From contig CM126233.1 in the NCBI GenBank assembly GCA_052327205.1, positions 33,294,001 to 33,358,000 of the forward strand: 64,000 bases of DNA. Direction: 5' to 3'. The DNA comes from Somniosus microcephalus (Eukaryota). A model generated the notes under the pieces. The model saw only the letters and a list, made by a program, of their open reading frames with translations, did no database searches and was not told where the DNA came from. The position numbers were made by a program, and so were the translations under genes. Every line of letters starts with the position of its first letter. Positions within the stretch are counted from its first letter, which is position 1. This document shows positions 1 through 10,041 of the stretch, in pieces.

Positions 1-930
1 GCCACACTTCCGATTCCGGGGCGGCGGCGGCGGCAGTTCCGGTTCCGGGGCGGGGTGCCGCGGCTCCAGTTCCGGTTCCGCCATGGCCTGTGAGGAGGGC
101 GGCGGCCGGAGCTGCGCTGTCCGCGGCTGCACCAACACCCAGGGCGGCCTGAGCGAGTGGCGGCAGACGGCGTGCGAGCAGCACCGGCCGCAGCGGCACG
201 GCGAGTGTCCGTGCCTGGAGCCCTTCTGCTTCTACCGCTTCCCGAGCGGCGCCGACGAGCGAGGCCGCTGGCTGCAGGCGCTGCGGGGCCGGGGCCTGCG
301 GGTGACGCCGGGGCCCGACCCGGGGCCCGAGGCCGCTGTCTGCTCGCTGCACCTGGAGGAAGGCACCTTGCTGCTGGGCTTGGGCCTGAGGAAGAAGCCG
401 CGGGCTGACCAGACCCCCGACCCCGACCTCGACGACTACCGGCCGGGCCGGGAGACGCGGGCGTCGCGGGCCCGCAAGAAGCAGCGGCCGCCCAGCCCCA
501 GCCCCCGGCGCCGGGTCCAGCCGCCTGCCCGGCCTCCGCCTCAGCCCTCGCCTCCCCCCCGGGCCCCGTCCCCCCCGCCTCCACCGCCGCCGCCGCCTCC
601 TCCTCCTCCCCCTCCGCCGCCGCTGCCCCTACCCGCCGCCTCCTCCTGGGAGCAGGCCGCTGTCCAGGCCATCATGCGGCTGCGCTGCGGCTCCAGCCAG
701 CGGGTGGCCCGCACCCTCATCGCCTGCCTCAAGGGCGAGAACGACCACCTGCGGCAGCGCAGCCGCCAGCTGGAGGCCGCCCTGGGCGCCACCGCCCGCC
801 AACTGGAGCGGATGCAGCGGGAGTGCCGCTGCCGGCACCGGCTGGGGGTCGAGGCGGGGCCCGGGCCCGAGAGCGCGGAGCCCCCCGAGCAAGTGCCGGG
901 TAACGAGGTGACGGTGGGCTGAGGCCTCTG
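1..930. promoter_or_regulatory. CpG island / TATA-less promoter and first exon of the THAP gene
   Basis: Very GC- and CpG-rich, with an abrupt drop after ~925. Several ETS-type TTCCG(G) cores in 5-80, including CAGTTCCGGTTCCG twice (34-47, 67-80). GC box GGGGCGGGG at 47-55. Strong Kozak CCGCCATGG at the ATG (83). Confidence 0.8.
83..922 (+). CDS. THAP-type (C2CH) zinc-finger protein with polyproline tract and C-terminal coiled coil, 279 aa if unspliced
   Basis: THAP signature CAVRGC...FYRFP...RWLQAL...VCSLH. Basic NLS-like RKKPR and RARKKQR, long poly-Pro, heptad-like LKGENDHLRQRSRQLEAALGATARQLERMQ. Open frame inside a CpG island with optimal Kozak. The 3' end may be spliced (donors at 900 or 908). 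Confidence 0.8.
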   Translation: MACEEGGGRSCAVRGCTNTQGGLSEWRQTACEQHRPQRHGECPCLEPFCFYRFPSGADERGRWLQALRGRGLRVTPGPDPGPEAAVCSLHLEEGTLLLGLGLRKKPRADQTPDPDLDDYRPGRETRASRARKKQRPPSPSPRRRVQPPARPPPQPSPPPRAPSPPPPPPPPPPPPPPPPPLPLPAASSWEQAAVQAIMRLRCGSSQRVARTLIACLKGENDHLRQRSRQLEAALGATARQLERMQRECRCRHRLGVEAGPGPESAEPPEQVPGNEVTVG

Positions 931-1100
931 CATTGGAGCTTATCCACCCGCTGCATTGGAGTTTATTTCCCCCCCCACACTGCATTGGAGCTTATCCTCA
1001 CCCCCCCAATCCTCAGGAACCACTTGCTGCTGCTGCTGCAGTCCCCACTCCAGTGCATTGGATCTTAAACCCACCCCAATCCGCATCCAGTGCATGGACC
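928..1100 (+). repeat. Short dispersed direct repeats (C)TGCATTGGAG(C/T)TTAT with variable spacers
   Basis: Close copies near 928, 952 and 980; degenerate copies near 1054 and 1091. Confidence 0.7.
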
Positions 1101-1257
1101 GACCGCCTCCCTCGGTGCAAACAACTCCTCGCCTGCAGCTCAAGATGGGGGCAGGAACCCCACTAACCCACCGCATCTGGGCAGAAAGGACGTTGGATTT
1201 CCCACCGACAGGCTGCGAACTTTAGGAGAGATGGGGGGGGGGGGGGTGTGGAGAAAT

Positions 1258-1515
1258 CTTCGACAGCACCTACCAAACCCGCCACCGCCTAGAAGGGCAG
1301 CGGGCGCGTGCGAACACCGCCACCTCCAAGTCTCTCCCGCCATGGAAATCTATCGGCCGTTCCTTCATCATCGCTGGGTCAAGATCCTGGAACTCCCTAA
1401 CAGCACTGAGGGAGAATCTTCAGCACACGGACTGCAGCGGTTCAAGAAAGCGGCTCACCGGGATGGGCAATAAATGCTGGCCTTGCCAGTGACGCCCACA
1501 TTGAACGAATAAAAG
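1258..1515 (+). mobile_element. 3' end of a non-LTR retrotransposon (shark LINE tail)
   Basis: Degenerate ORF2 C-terminus (...GSRSWNSL..., LQRFKKAAH) followed by the tail GGGATGGGCAATAAATGCTGGCCTTGCCAG. Family recognised from memory. Confidence 0.6.
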
Positions 1516-2469
1516 TTTGGATTTTCAGCTCTGGGGCAAAACCGCCCCTGCCTCTTTATGGGGTTGACATTAATATAAAAAGGATTTGAACAGTTCACAA
1601 ATCATCTTGCAAATGTTGGATGAGGATCCTTTGCTTGTAAACTCACATCAAAATGACCAAAGTCTTGAAATGGGAGAGAAGAGGTGAAAGGACATCTTGC
1701 TCCACGATTATGTTTTTGCAGCACCTGTGCCTTGGGATTGCCCTGGATGGTGGACCGTTTTTCATCTTTCCCAGACAGTGGGAGGCAGTATCGTGTCGAC
1801 CCAAGCGGTGAAGAAGGGATTTGAGTTTGACTGACTGCAGATGACGGCTGAATTTTAACAATTGGATTGTGTTGGTGGTTTGCAGACAGGTGCAGAATGT
1901 GAATCGTGGCTTTTTCTTTTTGAATACTTGAATGTTTCTTGCTGATCTGAATGGAACGTGCAAAGCCGAGCAGAACAGTTAGACCTGATGCACGACCCTT
2001 TCGCCAATGGTTCCTTCCAGATGAGATGGATTCCACATCGCTGCTGCTGCTGCTGGTCCCTTTCACATCTCCCATATAGTGCATGGCTTTAACCAGGACG
2101 TGTAAACGGAGTTCTTTTCAATTGAATGCCGCAGGAGGAGAACAGCTGAACCATAGGAGGGCACAACTCCCCTCAACATTTGGCAGCTGGGTCCTGGTGT
2201 GAGGCAGTAATGAATTGGTCATGAACCATCTTTATTCTGGGTCTGTACCTGTCAGCTTCGCTTTTGTATTAGGTGAGAGAGATGATACTTGGGGTGTCTG
2301 TTTAGTGTTGACACTAGGTTAATTTAACATTACAGCAGGAAAATTATACTCAAGCTCATAATTCACCACCCCAGTCACTTCCCACCACCAGTACTTCACT
2401 CGTTGCACAGCTCACCGTTTCTCTCTCTTTTTCCCCCCCCCCCCCCCCGAGATTGAGAATTCAAACCGC

Positions 2470-2715
2470 ACCGTGCAAGTTGTTAAATTGAATTCAATAA
2501 AATCTGGTATATTATGAGCTGGCTCCAACAAAGGCATGACCATAAGGCTGCTAGATTGTCATTTTAAAAACCCATCTGGTTCACTAACAAGGGGGAAAAG
2601 AAAACCCGACCCATCCCTATGTGGTCTGGCCTTTGTGACTGCAGTTCCATAAGGCAGCTCCGCAACGTCTAATTAGGGATGGGTAGTAAATGTTGCTTTG
2701 TCAGGGTTGCACCTC
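2470..2715 (+). mobile_element. Degenerate SINE sharing its tail with the LINE at 1258-1515
   Basis: Body AAAAACCCATCTGGTTCACTAA...GGTCTGGCCT and tail AATTAGGGATGGGTAGTAAATG, similar to 1460-1490. Confidence 0.5.
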
Positions 2716-4465
2716 ACACACACAGCCCCCCCGCCCCAACCGAAAAATAAACAAATTTGGAAGGACAGAATCTAGAATTGTACTGCTGCATGCCTAACTC
2801 AAATTTCACCATCACACTCAGTGACAACACTGGAATACCTAACAAATTAAGATGTACATTTTCATGGCATTTGGCATTGCAATATTTAATCGATATAATC
2901 AATGGAATACACTATTAAGATGGTCTGGTCTTAGACTGGCAGCAGTTCAGGTTTAAGGATTTGAGGTGTACTATTTCAGATTTCAGTACTACTGAAACGA
3001 GTGGACGATGCAGTGTCTTTCTCTTGCATATTGTGGGACCTGACTGCAGAGGTGTCCTTGTTTACTGTTGATTAACAACCAGTGAGAACATTAAGGAAAT
3101 TGTATGGCATAGAATTGCATTCAGATATTCCAAATTTTTTTGCGTGTATATATTGAATTATACTTCAGTTTTACTGTGAAGTGTTGTAAAGCAAACCACA
3201 GCAGATTTTCTTTTAATAGGTTTTAGGAGAAAACCTTGTGACCACATTAGCATTTGCAAACTGTGCTCAGTTAACTTCCACTTTTGTCTAAAGACTGTAC
3301 AGTTTAAAATTGGTTCGGTTGTATGTAAAATTCTGTTCAGATAAATATTTTTTTAAAAGCATTCTGTATTAATGCAAGACTTCATTAAAACCTGTGCTGC
3401 AACACTCCTTTTACTTGATCTCACTTCGCTGTGCCCCTGGGTGAATGGCCAAGTTTCAAACCCTCCCGTCAGGCATGACTTGACAAAGCAAGATTAGCAG
3501 GAGAGTTTCAACAGTCAGGGAAGGGCAAGAAGTGAGTCTGTGCCAGTGATCTCCCAGTGAAGCCTGTAGCGTGCAAAGGTGCTTCTTCGGATGAAAAAAA
3601 TGGGGAGCAATTCTACCCCTTGCACTTCACACCCTAGTAGGCGATCACAGAATAGCAACAGCAGAGGTTTTGGGAGCAAATCAAGCATCCATCCTCAGGA
3701 TTATGGATTCCAGCACTGAGGCAGGTGGGAGTTAGCCTGGGGAAAGCCAGCAGCACTGGCAGAGGGAGCTGTTTCTAACCAACTTTGTCACCTCTTGCTG
3801 CTGTTTGTGTGTGGGGGTGGGGGGGGGGGTGTTGCGATTGGTGTCAAAGCATAGCCAGCCTACTTTAGGAAAGCTGATACATTCAAAACAACCCTATCTC
3901 AGCCTGTTCTCCCCTCCCAAATCATGGAAGATTACCCGCTCCGAGAGTCATGGGTAGCCCCTGGCCCAGGGTTGTCGATGCTCCAGGAAGTAAAGGTTAA
4001 TCGCCAGGCCACTGCTGCGGGCAAACGGGAGGAAAATCATGACATTCACTTTTTTCCACCATTTTCTTTGATAACTTTAATTTATTAGTTATAAAAATAT
4101 TAGCTATTTGGGCCAACATTCCTCCCTCGAGCATCAGCACCAAAAGCAGATGAACTGATAAATCCGATTGTTGTTTGCGACATCTTGCTGACTCTTCATG
4201 CCAACAATTGCCGATTAAAAGCATATGTGCCCCCTTTTTAAAAGGGACACAACAAATAAAGACTGTAAATTAACAAATTTGAAAGGAACCTTAAATCAAA
4301 TTAAAATTTTGTTCCCGGGGTGATGATGCACTCCACTCCAGTCCCTCCGGTCACAGAAGGCCTCGTGTGCTGGTGGACACCACGCGCGACTTCTTGCTGT
4401 GCACAACATGGCTACTGCAATAACAGTTGCTGTATGGTAAATCATTGTAAGTGAAATGCTTGAGA

Positions 4466-4655
4466 TAATGGTGTTTCCCAAGGGTTCAGTACCAAGACCA
4501 CTGCTGTTTTTTTGATATACATTAATGACTTGGACTTGAGGGCACAATTTCAAAATTGGCAGAGGACATGAAACTCGAAAGTGTAGTAAACTATGAGGAA
4601 GATAGTAGTAGACCTCAAGAGGACATAGGCTGGTGGAATAGGCGGACACATGGCT
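4466..4655 (+). mobile_element. Decayed CR1 reverse-transcriptase fragment
   Basis: Broken versions of the GVPQGSVLGP / IYINDLD / SKFADD motifs that are intact at 28900-29030. Confidence 0.55.
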
Positions 4656-6489
4656 GTACTATTCTGTGTGATAATTGTTATATAAATGGAAGTCTTTCTT
4701 TCAGCCCCCATTCAGATACTGCTGGCTTGAAGCTTCGTCCGAAACTTAGAAAGGGATGCGAATGGCTACCTGCTGAAAACACAATTCTCTTTAAAAAATC
4801 AATCGCCGAACAGTTGAGTCACTTTTTTTTTAATAAAACATAACCATTTACATGATTGTTACACAACTGAATGATTACAAGAATCACACCAGATTAGAAT
4901 TTCATTTCCCATTTTGAAGTATTGCAGTTCACACACATACCTCTGTTTTCAGCTCACCACTCAAAAGCAGCAGAATATAAGTTCTGGGGTGGGCAGGGTG
5001 CTGCAGAATAAGTACACTGAATTATTTTAATACAGTAGATCAAGACTAGGTTATACATATCAGATATGGATGCTGATGGCTTGCATTTTCACAGAGAAAC
5101 AGTCATCAGCAGTACAGAATACAGAAAGCTATGTGCAGTCGCTGGGTCAGTTGCACAAAAGGTTTGATTGTTTATCTCCGACGGCTAAAAAAAAGGCACC
5201 ACTCTTAAACCGCACCCCTCCTCCATCACTAAGACAAAATTAATGACAGTACTTGACGGAAAATAAGGCAATCTTCACCTCTCACAGGAATGTGCTATTT
5301 ATAGAAAGAAAAAAACCCTGTTAACTCAAAGACAGAAACCACTGCAAAATATTCAACAGCTCAGTACCCACCTGAAATATTAACCTACCTTCTGTTTCAG
5401 ATGCTGACACACCTGGTGTGTATTTCCAGCATTTTTGATTTTGTGGGGACTGAATCAGATACTTGGATCAGATTCCTGTCCCCAATTCCAGTAGAGAACC
5501 TAGTGTGTTTAATAAACCAAAACTCTCCCATTTCCTGCTCTGAAGAGAAATTCTGCCAATGCATAATTTTAGTACCAGGAGAGCACATTCAACTAGGTCT
5601 TTCAGCAAAGGGAGCTAGATATTTCAAATAAGATACATAAAATGGTAGAACCCCCACCCCCCCCCCAAAAAAAAATATATATGTAAACACTAGTAATTTG
5701 GCTAGTTTTGACAGAAGCACATTAATGCACTCTGGCATTCAGTACACCAAAAATAAAACTTATTTTAAGAGTTACATTATGTGCTATTTCTTGTCTAATA
5801 CTGTTGTCTATATGCTAACTATAATCAGGCACTTCACTCACTATCGCCCTGTATTTGGGTTGCCACCTTTTCCCCCACCCCAAGTCCATGGCTTGGACTA
5901 GAGGTGGGATCGACGCAGGGAGTAGGATCACGACTCGGGTTCCGTTTGCTTTGCTAATGATGAAATTCATTTGAAAGTTTAATCATCAACAATCTTGCAT
6001 CATAGACACAGGAGTAAGTGGAGGGGGGGGGGGTGGGGTAACTGGCAAAGTCTGGTTTGGCATCTTTAGAAATTTACAAAGCTCACTTTCAAAACGTGGA
6101 CTGGCCAGTTCAAAACACCATCCCACCCAATTTAACAGGCAGCACGTACAAAGGAGGAACTTGTGCAGCTAATGTTCCATTAGGTAAACTCAACAGTTTG
6201 TACACAAGACCTGCTGTTCTACAGATAAGTACACATATTTTAAACAGAAACATTCAGGCCATCTATAAAATACTGATAATCCTCCGAGGTTTTCCATTGA
6301 CATGATTAGCCACAATAATCTTGGCAGAGAAAGGTTGGAATTTAACAAGAATAGCTAAAGCAGACAAAACATCCCCATTCTTTTGACAAGTCAAAACGAC
6401 TATCCTTGTCAATTGTACTTCACATGTGTAACTTTTCTCCGATGGAGAGAAAGCATAAACACTCTCTAGAATTCTTTATAACACAGGCT

Positions 6490-6750
6490 GGGGGGGATAT
6501 TTAGGACTGAGATGAGGAGAAATTCCTTCACTCGGAGGGTGGTGAACCTGTGGAATTCTCTACTGCAGAAGGCTGTGGAGACCAAGTCACTGAATATATT
6601 TAAGAAGTAGATGGATTTCTAGATGCAAAAGGCATCAAGGGGTATGGGGAGAGAGCGGGAATATAGTATTGAGATAGAGGATCAGCCATGATCACATTGA
6701 GTGGCGGAGCAGGCTCGAAGGGCCGACTCCTGCTCCTATTTTTCTATGAT
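6490..6750 (+). mobile_element. CR1 LINE 3' end
   Basis: FRTEMRRNSFTRRVVNLWNSL motif and a 3' UTR matching the CR1 copies at 22260-22520 and 29670-29930. Confidence 0.85.
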
Positions 6751-6779
6751 GGAGGTTGTTAAAATTCTGCCTTAGCAGA

Positions 6780-7235
6780 TTTGGATAAGATATTTGAAAT
6801 GGATGGTAGGACTAAAGGGCATGCCTACAAAATACAAAAAGTGTTACGTTGGAAGCCAGGAAGTATTTCTCTGAGCTCTCTGCAATCGGTTACTGGTAGA
6901 TGCAGTAAATATGGGTATGCGACATTCCTTAAGAGACTGGGCAAGTCCTTGCGGAGGGAGGGCATTGGGATGCATCTGAAGCGTGCGCACTTGTTTTAAG
7001 TTCATCTAGTGAGCCATCATGGGTAACCATGGTGTCCCAGAGCATACTCGAATGCCTCTTGGAGATGGGGAGGAATTTCCCAGCTTTTTTCCAGAAATTG
7101 GCCACCGGTTTTCTCCTGTTTTCTGACCTCCCCACGAGCAGTGACTGAGGAGGGTAGTGCATGAAGCTTCACTGTCTCTTGGACATGGTGAGCATTGATG
7201 GGTCCGACTGCCTTTTTCTGCCCTTTTTTAATGTT
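6780..7235 (+). mobile_element. Ancient, highly decayed CR1-like 3' end
   Basis: DGRTKGHAYKI resembles CR1 xRTRGHxxKI; CR1-like terminal motif ...GATGGGTCCGACTGCCTTTTTCTG. Confidence 0.45.
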
Positions 7236-8335
7236 TGTTAAATTCCCTACTTCGATAACGGAGTAAAATGCATCTGGGGATCTACAAAATGCAATTTGGG
7301 ATCATAAAAACTTTATTAAGAAAGTTCACTGTTTGAAGGTCACATATATAAAACCCAAATTGCATTGTGTGAAAGGGACTGAAGAGTAACAGAAAGCCAC
7401 AAACATTACCTGCAGCTTAAATATGATCTTTACAGAGTTAGACATGAATACCCTGAAACTACACCAAGCATTCAAACACATTGGGTTTGTATGAAATTCC
7501 TGTGCCATTTTAATGGAGGCTTTAACCTGTTTATTTTAGTAAGTACTTTCTTACAAAGTAGGGATCAAAAGAATTTCGTGCAATACCAGTTAACTATCCA
7601 TGCATTCGCATTTGAAGAGCTAAGTCTGAGTCAGAAGAGGATGAAGACCAAGTATGATTGCTTCCTCCCCACGGCAGTCAATTAAAACAAGCAGCATTGC
7701 CCAACTCCCATTTATACCACATAATAACTGGGTAAAATCCAGTTTTAGCTGATGGGTTATTGATTTTTTTAAAAAGGGGGGAAAATGACACCCATATGTA
7801 ACGCACTCAGGGCTGGCTGGCATTATGATACTCGAGCACGAGTCCACGTACAGCCCCAGACAGCAATACTTCACAGCACATGATAGCTTGGCAGCAAACT
7901 TAATAAATGTCTTTGTATTAATAATAAATGTCTTTAGCTGCACTAAAGTAATACTGAATTTTCAAGTCGTAACAATATATTAATGTAATTGCTCCTTTTA
8001 ATGTGAGTATAATAAAAAATATATACTTGATAAGGATAATATCCCCACACATTCACAATCACTTCAAAATACAGGGTTGGCGAGAATAGCCGTCACCATG
8101 CTGCCCTTACGAAGAAAAATTGGGAGCACAATTCAGTATCGTGTACCTCTTGGACTGAACTGACGCTTCAGACAGCTCATTATACTCTGAACAGAGCATT
8201 TGTAATGCTGGGACCAGGCATCATCCAGGTTGATCTAGTATGATAGCAAAATACTGCAGATGTTGGAAATCCGAAATAACAACAGAAAATGCTGGAAAAC
8301 TCAGCAGGTCAGGCAACATCCGTGGAGAGAAATTT

Positions 8336-8373
8336 GAGTTGACGTTTCGGGTCGAACCCTTCTTCAAAACTGG
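8336..8373 (-). ncRNA. Minimal type I hammerhead-ribozyme-like motif, sense to PEAK1 mRNA
   Basis: Minus strand reads AGUU-UUGAAGA-A-GGGU(UCG)ACCC-GAAACGUC-AACU: stem I AGUU/AACU, core box with C3U change, stem II, GAAA, palindromic ACGU and a GUC site. Confidence 0.5.
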
Positions 8374-8451
8374 AAAGAAAAGAAAATAGATCCAAGGCAG
8401 GGCTGCGATTTTTGTCCGATCGCAGCCCTGCCTTCGATCTATTTTCTTTTT

Positions 8452-8489
8452 CCAGTTTTGAAGAAGGGTTCGACCTGAAACGTCAACTC
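8452..8489 (+). ncRNA. Minimal type I hammerhead-ribozyme-like motif (mirror copy)
   Basis: AGTT-TTGAAGA-AGGGTTCGACCT-GAAACGTC-AACT; same architecture as the left arm, with one G-U pair in stem II. Confidence 0.45.
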
Positions 8490-9127
8490 AAATTTCTCTC
8501 CACGGATGTTGCCTGACCTGCTGAGTTTTTCCAGCATTTTCTGTTGTTATTCCAGGTTGATCTCTTGTTCCATTGTACCTTTTACGGAAGGAAAGTATAA
8601 TTCCTTCGGGACTCCCCGTGGCTACAATTTACCTGGTTTTGGTCTAATTTTCCATATGGTACACTGAAGCATTCATAGGAAGGAACACCGAGCTGATAAA
8701 TTCCCCCCCAAATACCCATGAAACTACCACCACCAATTCAGTCTATCCTTAACCCTTCAGTGTCACACTCAACGAAACAGTCCCAAACATTAAGTAAGCA
8801 AGCAAAGCGAGGCATTGTAACATTGCCACTGTGTTGTTAATTAATGTTCTTTCACTGTTGTTAAAGATTAACTAAAATATTTTTGCTGCATCAAAATAAA
8901 CTGGTAGAGACAGGAGTTGTAAAAGCAACTACAGGTATATAGATTCTGCATCTCAAGCTAGTATAAAGATCACTCTGTTGAGTATTATTACGGTTGACTA
9001 TAGTTCAATGAAATTACAATGAGTAACTATCAGAAAGGCCTTGGAAGATATCATGATCACCATATGATTAGAAGAAAGATTTGCACGATTTCTAACGCTG
9101 CATCCTTAATCACCAACATACTCAGTA

Positions 9128-9427
9128 CAGGAAACTTTGTGCTATCCGGCACCGACGGGACCGAGCTGTTGCCGTCCCATCAAAACTGCCGGACAAACCA
9201 GCGCTAATGTTAAAACATACGGAGCTTTTGAGCTCCGTATCTAGCAACAAACCCTGTTGCTTCTAAACAGTCGGCCGTAGCTTGCAAGCTTTAGCTAGAC
9301 CTTGCAGAGCCTGACTGGTGGAAAAAAAAGCAACGAAAAGAAAAAAAACACTGAACCGACTCCTGGATTTTGCCGGTGGATCGAGCATTCCGGACAGTTA
9401 AACCTCCGGATAAACCAAAGTTTCCTG
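9128..9427 (+). mobile_element. Tc1/mariner-pogo (Tigger-like) MITE, family A
   Basis: TIRs CAGGAAACTTTG / CAAAGTTTCCTG with TA on both sides. Reverse complement of the copies at 20049 and 32497 (strand label arbitrary). Confidence 0.9.
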
Positions 9428-10041
9428 TACCACCACACTCCAACCCCACCCCTCATTAACTCCCATCTTTCACCCTGGTTTGCCTGCCTTTATTCATCTT
9501 GCTTCAGTTGGGAGGTCAAGACAGGACAACGTGGGGGCTTCAAGTTCTCTATGATTGCCATCAACACCACCACCCTGTAATGGAGCAGCACACAGGCAAA
9601 ACAAGTTGGCCGACAGCAGGTTTTTCCCTCTTTCATCTAGCAGCCCTGCCGAGATCTGAAGAAGTAAGATTACATTTGCTTGACAATCTGTTTATGTGCA
9701 ACTGACCCACTAATGCAATTTTAGCAAAGTGGCTGTAGTTTTTTTTCAAGGCATGATATAAGTAAACATACAAATTGTCATAGCTTCAACAACAAACATC
9801 CGAGGATCCATTTTAAGAGCAAGTTACAGCTTGCATATGTGCCTAGGAAAGAAAAAAAACATTTGTTGCTTATTGTAGGCATCACGTTCCAAAAACGTAG
9901 AAATCTATTACATACACTTTAAATACTGCCATTTACAAAGTCGGAACATTTACAAAAAATTGCACATTAATCCAAATTTGGTGGGAGAGGGGAGGGGGGG
10001 GGGGAAGGGCGAGGAAGGGGAGCAAGCAGCAGTCACACAGG

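Larger units (their letters stand above)
8237..8550. mobile_element. Palindromic (fold-back) Penelope-derived element with 13-bp target-site duplication
   Basis: Arms ~8275-8409 and 8419-8551 are near-perfect reverse complements around a 9-nt loop. Flanking direct repeat TCCAGGTTGATCT at 8224-8236 and 8551-8563. Each arm has a minimal hammerhead-like motif. Confidence 0.8.
4810..10041 (-). other. PEAK1: Inferred PEAK1 3' UTR with alternative poly(A) signals
   Basis: Follows the stop at 10042 and is U-rich on the minus strand. Minus-strand AATAAA at 9489-9494 and 7312-7317, ATTAAA near 4829. The true end cannot be fixed from sequence alone. Confidence 0.5.

Noticed and set aside
157-985. Overlapping ORFs 157-408 (+), 541-933, 629-985 and 729-956 (-)
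   Set aside because: Shadow frames of a very GC-rich CDS where stops are rare; no recognisable domains.
928-1100. CRISPR-like repeat-spacer look
   Set aside because: Repeats are ~15 nt and degenerate, spacers are irregular and low-complexity, there are no cas genes, and the DNA is vertebrate.
4320-4420. GTGATGA C-box-like motif suggesting a C/D snoRNA
   Set aside because: No suitably placed CTGA D box or terminal stem, and it is not in an intron of a same-strand host.
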